A stretch of DNA of 64,000 nt. Origin: Cyanophora paradoxa CCMP329. Lineage: Eukaryota > Plantae > Glaucophyta. The stretch is from NCBI GenBank assembly GCA_004431415.1, contig QPMI01000545.1:186001-250000 (forward strand), in the 5' to 3' direction. The notes under the pieces are model-generated. The model saw nothing but the letters and a program-made list of their open reading frames with translations, had not been told where the DNA came from and made no database searches. Position numbers and translations under genes: made by a program. Positions 47,275 through 57,439 of the stretch are shown here, piece after piece (within the stretch, counting starts at the first letter, position 1; every line of letters starts with the position of its first letter).

Positions 47275-50200
47275 ATGAGCCCGGCGGGAGTCGTTGGACC
47301 CGGAAGTTGGCCTGAACCGACCAGGGGGGGTACCCTCGTCCCGCGCGCAAGTTCGTTGGGAGACGCTGCGGCCAGCAGCTGGCCTTTCGGGCAACCAGCA
47401 GCGATGCAGTCGGGCAACTTCATCCTCCCGACAGCAATCGCAGTGCTCCACACCTCGCGGCAGAATGCTGATCTCACATCGGTTATGCCGCGCATGCACA
47501 CCCAGGAGGGATGCATGGGCGTTCGTTACCACGAGCCTTCCGACAACTGGATGATGTTCTTCAAGACGCAGGCCCAGCGCGATGCTTTCGTTGCTAGTTC
47601 GCCCTTCCCAGCCACGTTGTGGCGCAGCGGAACGAAGACCAGCGTACCGCTTCAGATTTCCGCATACGATAGCCCCGATGCGAACAGCTTACTCATCGCC
47701 TGGATGAAGACGGTCCGGCGCGATAACAAGACACCCGACCAAGCCGCTGCGGCCTCGGGTCGCTCTGCTGTGGCGGATGACGATGACAACATTCCTCTCC
47801 CCACCCAGACTCCTGCCCCTACGCCCCCGGTGCCGTCCCGCCACGAGTCGCCCTTGTTTTGGAGGCGCTCAGCTAACATCTGTTGCCTGCGCTTTCGCTC
47901 CGTTTTTATGAACAGCCTCCAGCCTTCCTCGCTGCAGCCGCGGCGCAGCATGTTCGTTCGCCCCGGCCTCCGAGCCCTCATCGCTTAACGGCCCGCCCGC
48001 GCAGTCTTCAACCCCTCAGCCCGGCTTCCAGAGCTCTCAACGTGAGCGGTTTTGTAATCTCTTCGTGCATATTGGGAAGCGCTAAGGAAAAGTCGCTACG
48101 CAGCCCTCGAGGACTCCCAAGTCAGTGCCCGCGGCGGTCCCCCGCTGGACAGCTCCCAGATCAGACAGCAGCAGCAGCTTCAGGCATGCTCTTCTATTCT
48201 GCTTTTCCATTTCGCACCTTTCCTAACCGCGGTTTCGAATCGGCAGGCCGAGATGCGCAGGAAGCTGGCGCGCCACCTGATGGAGCTCGAGAACGAAGTC
48301 CAGACGCACATCTCGCGAACTTCGGGGCGGGGTTTGGATGGCAAGCCGGCGGCGAACGCGCTGGTGTTCTGCTGCTTCCCGAACCCCGCGCACCCGGAGC
48401 TCGGGCGCCAGCCGAAGCCCCGGAACTGGGACTGCATCACGTCGGACCTCACTCCCCGCATCGACGGCGTCGACAGGCCGCCCACGGTCAAGCACATGCA
48501 GCAGCTCCGCGGCGACATCTCGCTCGTGATGGAAGTGCGCTCGGGGCTCTTTGGCGGTTCTTTCTTCCGCTCTTTCGCGCCTCACGCGCAGCGCGCTGCA
48601 GGTGCTCCAGCGTAAGGAGCAGGACGAGGAGAACAACGCGGTCGACAAGCAGAGCACCGAGGGCCGCATTGGCACGCTTGTACAGGTCCGTGCGCCCGCG
48701 CCCCGGCTCCCTGCCAGCCGGGCGAGCGTCCTCCGCAGAGGATAAAGACGGAGAGCGAAGAGACGGCGCTCAAGCAGTCGATCGACGACCTGCACAGGAT
48801 CGCCGCCCACTCCGGTGACGCCCCCGCCGCGCCGCGCGGCCCCGCGCGCCTCGACCCGGCTGACCTCGGCGTGCAGAGCGGAACAAGGTCATGATTCGCG
48901 ACGCGGGAGCCATCCCGCCGCTCGTCGGCCACCTGCAGGTGCCCTCCCCGTCCATCCTTGGCCGCCCGGCCGCCCGCCGAGCCGCCCCGCCAGAGCCGGA
49001 GCGAGACCGTCAAGCGGAGCACGGTATCGCTCCTCGCGCGGCTCGCCAACATCGGTGCGCGGGGCCGCCGCCCGCCCCGCCCGGCCGCCGCTGACCGCCT
49101 CTGCCCCTCCAGAGCGCTGCAAGACGGCGATCCGCGACGCGGGTGCCATCCAGCCCCTCGTCGAGCTGCTCGGCTCGCGCGTCGAGGTCCGGCCCGCCCG
49201 GCGTCCCGCCCCCCGCCGCGGCTCTCCCGGCGCCGGACCCACGCCGGCCCGCGCAGGTGCTGCAGGAGAAGTCCGCGTCGATCCTGGCCAAGCTCGCCGT
49301 CAACGACGTCGACAAGAAGCTCATCCGCGACGCCAAGGCGAGTTTGCGCGCCGCCCGCCCCCCGCCCCGCACGCCCGCCCCCGCCCGCCCTCCTGAGGCG
49401 GCCGGGCGGCGCAGGGCATCCCGCCCCTCGTGCGGCTGCTCTCCTCCCAGAACGAGGCGGTCCAGACGAGCGCCGTCGCCGTCCTCGGCAACCTCGCCGT
49501 CAACGGTGCGCGCCGCGCCTGCGCACGCGCGCGGCGGGGCCGGCGCCGGGGCCGACGCTGGGCGCGGCGGGCGCGGGGCAGAGCGGAACCAGGAGGACAT
49601 CCGGGAGTCCGGGGCGATCAACCCGCTGGTTGCCCTCCTCGGCTCCCGCAACGAGATCCTGCAGGAGAAGTCCGCCGGGGCCCTCTGCAACCTCGCCTAT
49701 AACGGTGACCGCCCTGCCGACCCCGCGCCGGCCGCGCGCCGGCCGCGCTGACGCCGCCGGCTCGCAGACAAGAACCAGGAGGTGATCCGGGAGGCGGGGG
49801 CGATCCCGCAGCTGGTGCGCCTGCTGGCCGCCCGCAACGAGCTGGTGCAGGAGAACGCCGCCCGTGCCGTCTGGTACCTCGCCGCCAACGGTGCCCCGCC
49901 CCGCCCCGCCCCGCCCGCCCGGTGGCCGACTCGGCCGGGGCCAGTGCGCAACGAGGAGTACATTCGGGACGCGGGCGGTATCCCGCCGCTCGTGAAGCTG
50001 CTCGCCTCGGGCAACGAGTCGATCCAGCTCAACGCCGCCGGCGCCATCGCCTACCTCGCGCCCAACGGCACGCCCCCGCCCGTCGCCCGGCCGGGCCCTC
50101 AGCAGCCCCTGTGACGCTTGGTCGGGGCGCAGAGCGCAACCAAGACACGGTGGCGGAGGCGGGCGGCATCCCGCCCCTCATCGCCCTCCTCAAGAGCCGC

Positions 50201-51031
50201 AACGAGAAGCTGCAGGAGAAGGCCGCCAGTGCCTTCCGGTACCTCGGCCGCTCCGGTGCGCCCGGCCCCGCGCCGCTCGGGCTCTGCAGGCCGCCGCCGA
50301 CGGCCCGCCCCGCCCCGCGCCGCGCCGCGCCGCGCAGACCGGAACAAGGAGCTGATCGTGTCGGCGGGCGGCATCCCGCCCCTCGTCGCCCTCCTGAACT
50401 CGCCCAACAAGAACGTCCAGGAGAGCGCGGGCGGCGCCCTCGGCAACCTCGCCGTCTCCGGTGCGCCCGGCCGCGCCCCGAAAGCCCTCCCGCCGGCCGG
50501 GCGCCGACGCGCCGCCACGCAGACAAGAACCAGGAGATCATCCGGGAGGCGGGCGGGATCCCTCCGCTGGTGGCGCTGCTGCCGACGTGCACGGAGCCCG
50601 GGCGCGTCGGGCCCCTGGTCGCCCTCTGCAACCTCTCGGTCAACGACCGCAACAAGGAGCTCATCGTGCAGGCCGGCGGCATCCGGCCCCTCGTCGCCCT
50701 CCTCGCCTGCCGGGACGAGACCGTCCAGGGCTGCGCCGCCGGCGCCCTCCAGAACCTCGCCGTCTCCGACCGCAACAAGGACCTGATCCGCGACGCCGGG
50801 GGCATCGGGCACCTCGTGCAGCTCCTCCAGTCCCGCAACGAGACGATGCAGATGCACGCCGCCGGGGCGCTCCGGTATCTCTGCGCCACCGCCGAGGGCC
50901 GGAGGGTCCTCAAGCAGAGCAACGGGATCCCCGTGCTGGAGCAGCTCCGCCAGTCCCGCAACAGCTACGTCTCCAAGTGCTCCGTCCTCATCCTCAACTC
51001 CTTCGGCAAGAGCTACCGCCCCGCGCGGTGA
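47275..51031 (+). CDS. Armadillo-repeat protein (Vac8-like repeats, about 11) with an uncharacterised N-terminal region, multi-exon
   Basis: Repeated 41-aa unit (D/E)RN(K/Q)xxIRxAGGIPPLVxLLxSxNExxQExAAGALxNLA. Linking the 47275 ORF to the ARM exons is inferred from splice signals. Confidence 0.88.
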
Positions 51032-51250
51032 TCGGCGCCGCCCCGCCGCCGAGGGGCGGCCGGGCGCGTGCGCGGCCGAGCCACGGCCCGCCCCGCCCCG
51101 CCCGACGCACATGCACACGCACATGCTGGCGAGTTGCCGCCCCCGCACCGCAACGCGGGCGCGCGCGCTCCCCGATACCCCCATTACTAGATTCCACACC
51201 AGTCGTCCAACCTATTAAACGTCGTGCTCACGTAGTAGTTTTGTCTTATT

Positions 51251-52554
51251 TCAATGAAGCGTCAGTCGGATGCGGCGCGGGGCGCGGGCGGGGGCGCCCC
51301 CGACCTCGAGGCGGCCGCCCGGGGCGAGGCGGGACACGAAGGCGCGGGCGGCGCGGGCGCCGCCGTCGCCCAGGGCGAGGTGCCCGAGGGCGAAGGAGGG
51401 CGTCGAGTGGGCCCAGAGCAGCTCGACGCCCTCGCCCGGCGCTGCGACGAGGGCGAGGAGGCCGGCGTGGGGCCCCGCCGCCAGCCAGGCCGCACCCGCG
51501 GGCCCTGCCCGGCCGCCGCCGCGTCGACGTCAGCGGGCGGCGCGGATCGGAGCCCACTGGGCCGGCGCCGCACCTGAGAGGACCGACTCTTCGAATAGGG
51601 CGCGGGCCGCCTCGTCGGGGCGGCCCCGGGCTCCGCCAGGCGCCGCGCGAGCGAGCGGCAGAAGTCGGCGCGCACGAGCGCCTCCCCCGCGCCGCTGCTG
51701 CTGCACGCGACGCCCGGCCGCGAGGCCGCCGCGGCCTGCGCCCAGCAGCCCGCCCCGAAGACCGCCGCCTGCGCGGCCCGCTCGCTCGCTCGCTCGGGCC
51801 CGGCCGCCGGCGCGGATCGGCGAGGGCGGACCTGGCCGACGCGGCCGCTGGTCTTGAAGAGGAGACCGCCGCTGGAGACCGCGGCTGCGCAGGCCCCGCC
51901 CCTCGCCCACGCCACCGCCCCGACCTTCGCGCCGGGGCCCCGTCGACCTTCGCGCCGGGGCCCCGTCGTCCGGCCTGCGCTCCGAGGGTCGGCCGATTGC
52001 GTGCGGGCCGCCGCAAGAGAGGGAGGCGAACCGGGGAGGAGGCCACGGGCGCCTTCCTCGAGGATCGCCGCCGCCAGCCTTACGGGGTTGCGGACGCCAG
52101 ACACGGCCCCGCAGGCGCCGAAGGCTTCTCCCTCACTCCGCATGATCGAGGCATCAAGCTCCACGGAACCGGTGGCTGTGAGGTTCGCGCCAACGCCCGC
52201 GTTGGTGAGCTCGTTGTCCTACGAGGGTCCGCGCGTTCGCTTGCGCATCATCGCTAGCTATAGTAGCATAGCTGCACGCGCGCGCGCACCTCCAGGCACT
52301 GCACCGCGGCCGCCACGCACTCGGTCACGCTCTGGCGACCGCGTTAGCTGCGCGGCATGCGCAGCTGCATTGCGCGCCGCGACGGATCGCTCGCGCGAAC
52401 CCGGCCGGCCTAGGCCTACGCGCACCTCGCTTCTCGCGTAGGCGTCGGCAGCTGCTTCGAGAGCGCGCTTGCAGGCCCGCACGTAAGCCAGCTCCTTGGA
52501 GCGGGCGTGCTGGCCTGCCCCGGCGTGTACGGCGACGACCAGGGCGGGCTCCAT
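51251..52554 (-). CDS. Taspase-1-like (type 2 asparaginase, Ntn hydrolase); internally deleted and lacking the catalytic Thr as assembled
   Basis: VAVHAGAG, LTNAGVGANLT, VELDASIM, GAVSGVRNPV, VGAV, AAVSSGGLLFKTSGRVGQAAVFGAGCWA, SSSGAGEAL, ELLWAHSTPSF. The expected DTVGAV reads AKVGAV. Confidence 0.8.
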
Positions 52555-52752
52555 CGGCAGGGTATGTACATGTCGCGGCGGCACCGAACGCACATTGCGT
52601 GTACCCCCCTTGCATCTTGACCCAAGGCGCCTGCGCATGGCAGCAGCATCCGCAGCGAGCGTCCGCAGATAAACAAGCACACGGACCTAGAAAGAGTCGA
52701 TTCGGGTTGGTGCCCAGGGGGTGCGACATTGCGTCAGCCGCACGAAGAAGCT

Positions 52753-54899
52753 ATGGCGCTGGCGGTAGATATCGGAGGCAGCCTAGCAAAGCTCGTGTAC
52801 TTCGAGCCCCGCGCCAGCGGCTCTTCGAACGACAAGCTCGATCTTGAGGTACGCAACGGCGACTGGGCAGCGCTCGTCGGCGGGGAGAAAAGCAAAGACG
52901 TCAAGCCCGGTGCGCTTAACTTCCACGTCCTGAGATGCGCCCCCGCCCGCTGACGGGCCTCTGTACGAACCGACAGCGAGCTCGGGCTCCCGGGGCCCTC
53001 AGACGGCGGGCAAGCGGAGCGTCAGCACGGATTACGGGCGCCTTCATTTCCTGAAGTTTGAGACACGAAACATCGTTGAATGCATCAAATGGGTCGGTGC
53101 GTACTCCGGCGCGCGCCCGCTCGCGATATCCGCTAGGGACGAGCGCCGCGCGGGGAGCGCGCCGCCGCGCGGCCCGCCGCCTCTTTCTCCGCGCGCCCCG
53201 CGCCTCTTATCGGTGCCCTGTCCGCACACGGCGGCGGCCGGACCGCAGACAAGACGCTGACGGAGCTAGAAGAGAACATGCAGACCAAGCCGGCGCAACG
53301 CGTGGTTTACGCGACTGGCGGCGGCGCTTTCAAGTATGCAAAACTCTTCCAAGAGCTCGCGAACATATCGCTAAAGAAGGTGGACGAGATGGAGGTGCGG
53401 CGCGCGCGCGCGCGCGTCTCGCGTGCTTGCGGCGTCCAGGAACCCGCCGTCTGACGCGGCACCGCGCGCAGAGCATCATCACCGGTCTCAACTACCTCTT
53501 GAAGCACGTGGAGGACGAGTCCTTCGTCTTCATGTCTGCGCTGAATAAAAAGAACCCCAAGATCTACGCCTCCCTCTCCGTGCGCGCAGGCCTCCCCGTC
53601 GCTCGCCCGAGCCGCGTCGCTGATTTCTCTCGCAGGAAAACCCTTTTCCCTACCTCATCGCCCACATCGGCAGCGGCGTCTCCATAATACGAGTGCCTTT
53701 CCCCCTCTTTTCTTTCTTTTCTTCTTCCTCTGCTCACGCCCCCGCAGGTCGACAGCGAGCACCAGTTCGAGCGCGTCAGCGGCACGAGCATAGGCGGCGG
53801 TGCGAAGAAGCTTTGCGCCAGCGCGCGGCGCCCTCGCCCGGGGCGCGCCTCACTTCGCCTCCCGCCGGCGCAGGCACCTTCCTGGGGCTCTGTCAGCTCC
53901 TCACCAACTGCCAGAACTTCGACGACCTCCTCAAGCTCTCCGCGAAGGGTGCGCGCGCGACCCCGCCCCGCCCCGCCTCCCGCGCCCCGCCGCGCCCCGC
54001 CCGAGGCGCAGCCGGCAGGGGACAACACGCGGGTGGACATGCTGGTGGGGGACATCTACGGGACGGACTACTCGCGGGTCGGGCTGCGGGCGGACACCAT
54101 CGCGTCCAGCTTCGGGAAGGTCCTCATGCGGCCCGGGCACCAGGGTCTCCCCGGCCTCTTCGGGCGCACCCTCCGCCGCACCGTCGGCCTCTGGATCGAC
54201 TTCCTCCGCCAGGCCCGCACCCCGCCCCCGCCCCCGCCCTCGCTCGCGAGCGAGCGAGCCGGCGGGCGCAGGTCCCGTTCGTGAGGCGGTTCGTGCCGGG
54301 CGTGCCGGGGGCCTCGTGCGGCTGCTGCAACGCGTGCGACCACTTCCGGAGCGAGGACATCGCCATGGGCCTCCTCCGCATGGTCTCCAACAACATAGCG
54401 CAGGTGCCCGGGCCCGCGCGCCCCGCCCCGCCCCGCGCCTTCCTTCCGCCTCCGCTCAGATCAGATCGGACCAGATCGCGTACCTGAACGCGCTGCGGTT
54501 CGGCCTGAACCGCATCTACTTCGGGGGCCACTTCATAAGGGACCACCGGTACACGATGGACACCATCTCGTACGGCGTCAACTTCTGGAGCAAGGGCGAG
54601 GTCAGGGCCCTCTTTGCTCTTGGCTTACTGCAGCTTTATCCCCCCTTAGCTTATCGAAGCTTTACTGGAGCTTATTTCTCTTGGCTCACTGAAGCTTTAT
54701 CCCCCCTTAGCTTATCAAAGCTTTACTGGAGCTTATTTCTCTTGGCTTATTGAAGCTTTGGTCTTACTGTCCGGCCCAGGTCAAGGCGCTCTTCCTGCAG
54801 CACGACGGGTACCTCGGCGCCCTCGGCGCCTTCCTCCACTCGGGCGACGCCGGCCTCCGCGCCTCGGACGCCACGCGGTGCGCGCCCCGACTGGGGTAA
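52753..54899 (+). CDS. PANK: Type II (eukaryotic, fumble-like) pantothenate kinase, multi-exon
   Basis: [117 protein letters not shown]. Confidence 0.95.
54617..54759 (+). repeat. Intronic tandem repeat, 61-bp period, about 2.3 copies, AGCT-rich
   Basis: ctcttggc recurs at 54617, 54678 and 54739 with near-identical sequence in between; lies in the last PanK intron. Confidence 0.9.
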
Positions 54900-55092
54900 T
54901 CTGTGAACCAAATATCATATATATGTGGGCCTTTGTGAAGCGTTGAGCTCTCGAGCTTGCCCCTTCGCTGTCAATGTATTGTTAACCCTCGGAGGTTGAT
55001 GAGTCACGCGTTGCGGAGGTTGCATTGTTATATTGCATTCGGGGAGGCACGGGGACTAACACGTCCGACGTACCCCTCGGGGCCTCCGGCCT

Positions 55093-56571
55093 CTAACTAT
55101 GCTCAGACTCTAACTGAATGCTGTACCCCCTCACTGGCCGAAGTGAGACGGTCCCCACTCGAGGTCGGGGTGGGCCATGGGGCCTCCGGCGGGGTACGAT
55201 GCTCCCGCTTGCCAGCTCCATGTACTCCCCCACGGGGTTGTCTTCGTTTGCGAGGTCCCTGTAGTTGCCCTTTACGAGATCCGCCGCCGCTTTGCGCCAG
55301 CGAACGGCCACGTTGTACGTGTTGTCGATGATGTTCTGCACTGTACCTCCATGGGTATTAGGGACGGCCTATAGTCGACCTGTCTCTCACGCAGGTTCAA
55401 TTCCCTTTGGTAGTAATCCACTGCGTCTGGGAGGGCCCTGAGCTCCAACGGGTGCTGGCCGGGTCCGACGAGCTAATGAGCCCGGAGCGTTGCAGCGCGT
55501 TCACAGCCGCCCGCAGCATGATTTTGCCTACCCCCCGCATCGCGTTATTCTGCTCGGGCGTCCCGTACCCCCCTGCGGCCCGTAATCGTTGTAGTAGCTC
55601 TCTATTTCGACTGTGGCCGGGCTAGTACCAACCCGAGGCTGCACAAAGCCGTACAGCCATGCCATAGCGTCGTTGTCCGCGGAGCGGCCGCTCTCGGAGA
55701 GGAAGAGAACACTTCGATTTTGAAGTCCCTCGTCCGCCGGTTGACTCGCGTCATTAGGTTGAGGGGGTAGCGCGCATTGCCGAATTTATCAGGAAAGAGG
55801 CGGTGTAGCTTGAACCATGCTTCCTGATCGCCGTACGACATTCGCTCGCGGCTCGCTGAGAATTTCTACCTGTACCCCTACTCGCGGTCGGGTACTTGTA
55901 GCCGGGCATCAGCCTCGCGCGCTTGCGCATCTCCGCCTCCTCGGGTAGCCAGTTCTTCGGGTCGTTGCTCCACTCCTCCCATTCGCGTATGTCTCGCCCG
56001 ACGTCACGTGGGGCGGGGCGTTTATCGGTGGGGCGGGCGGGGCTGGCAGGGCCTGGCGCCGGGGTTGAGGCCCCTGTTCCACGAGTACTCGGGGTACTCT
56101 TCCCAGCCCAGGGGTACCAGATTTGCCGGAATCGGCTCAACTTCGAATTGGGGCTTTTTGGTGTGATACTCATAGTTCGTGACGTACGCCGTCACAGCCG
56201 AGCGCAAGCGCGAGAGGTCGCGCAAATTTACGTCGTCCCATTCCGAGTCCCTTGCCTTCGCGTACCGCTCGAGGATTTGCATGCGAATGTGGTCCGGGAG
56301 GGTCGAGAGTATGCTGAGCTTGGAGCCCAGGGCGAACCAGATGCGCTTGAACTCGTCGATAATCCTGCCCTCGTCGTGGCTCCGGACGTATGAGGCCCCG
56401 CCATAGTTGTAATGGCTGTCCAGCCACCCTGCCCGGCCAGCTCCAGCACCGGCCAGGTTGGCGCTGTCGATTCGGTCGCGAGGCCTGCTCTACCACCCAG
56501 CGTCTAAGGTCCTTGACCTGATCTATGAACTGTGCGATCACGTCCTTGGGCGCTTCCTCTGCATCCGACAT
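55093..56571 (-). CDS. Intronless protein with a C-terminal GNAT-like acetyltransferase domain; interrupted by several 1-nt slips
   Basis: Joining frames gives MSDAEEAPKDVIAQFIDQVKDLRRW...TVEIESYYN...NNAMRGVGKIMLRAAVNALQRSG...LELRALPDAVDYYQRELNL...MEGTVQNII. This matches GNAT motif A (RGxG) and motif B (A..YY). 3' end uncertain. Confidence 0.6.
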
Positions 56572-56621
56572 TTGCAATTGCACACATCAAGAAATTCTAA
56601 ACGCTACTGCGAGACCAAGTC

Positions 56622-57286
56622 ATGCATACCGATACAGATTGCGAGACTTGCGAGAACTTGCAACAGGGGAGCGCGGCGTGGCACGCGGCGCGCCGCGAAA
56701 AGCTAACTGCCTCGAACTTTGCGGCTGCGTGCGGCATAAATCCCTGGAAATCCAGGGCCCGCCTCTGGGCGGAGCTAAGCGGCATAGCGGAGGAAAACAA
56801 CTTCGACAACCCTGCGCTAACCTACGGCATGACTATGAGCCCCTCGCGGTCTCTCTCTACAAAACGTCGAACAACAACGTGGACGTGCAACATACTGGAT
56901 TGCACGAACATAAGGAACTGCCCTTCCTGGCGGGCAGCCCGGACGGGCTGATTGGAAGCGATCGTATACTTGAAATAAAATGCCCCTACAAACAAGAACT
57001 CTACGAAAAGGTCCCAACTTATTACATGCCCCAGCTCCAGGGCCTGCTGGACATAACGGGCCGCGAGTGGGCCGAACTTTTTTGCTTCACTCCTCTGCGC
57101 GTGCAAACGTGGTACGTCAGACGGGACGAGAGGTACATCAAGCTCATGAGGAAGTGCTTACATCTATTTTGGATGCACGTCAAGGAGGGCACGCCGCCCG
57201 AGCCCTACAGCGATCGAATGAAGTCAGAGAACCTCAGCGAGGAGCAGGCGGCGCTGCGCGAGTTTAAGTCGTACGCCCTCCTCTAG
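56622..57286 (+). CDS. YqaJ-like viral recombinase / lambda-exonuclease family PD-(D/E)XK nuclease (1-nt frameshift at ~56826)
   Basis: QGSAAWHAARREKLTAS, YGHDYEP, TGL, FLAGSPDGLI, LEIKCPY, YYMPQLQGLL. The second copy has an extra G that restores the frame. Confidence 0.92.
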
Positions 57287-57335
57287 TGTCCGGACCTTTC
57301 CAATACTCTATATGATTATTGGAGGGTCCGGACAC
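57286..57335. terminator. Stem-loop immediately after the YqaJ stop codon
   Basis: gtgtccggacctttccaata ... tattggagggtccggacac forms a stem of ~18-19 bp with an AT-rich loop, between convergent genes. Function inferred. Confidence 0.5.
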
Positions 57336-57439
57336 GTCTCTTGGTCAGACTACTTCTGTCCCAGGTCTTTGGAATCTTAATATAAATTTTCCCGGGACCC
57401 GGGACAGGCTTGGTCGGACTCACCGTAGCTTGGTGTAGC

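Noticed and set aside
5525-51031. Functional cluster of ubiquitin/repeat proteins (HECT, U-box, LRR, ARM)
   Set aside because: They are widely spaced, interleaved with unrelated genes and belong to very large families, so chance is sufficient.
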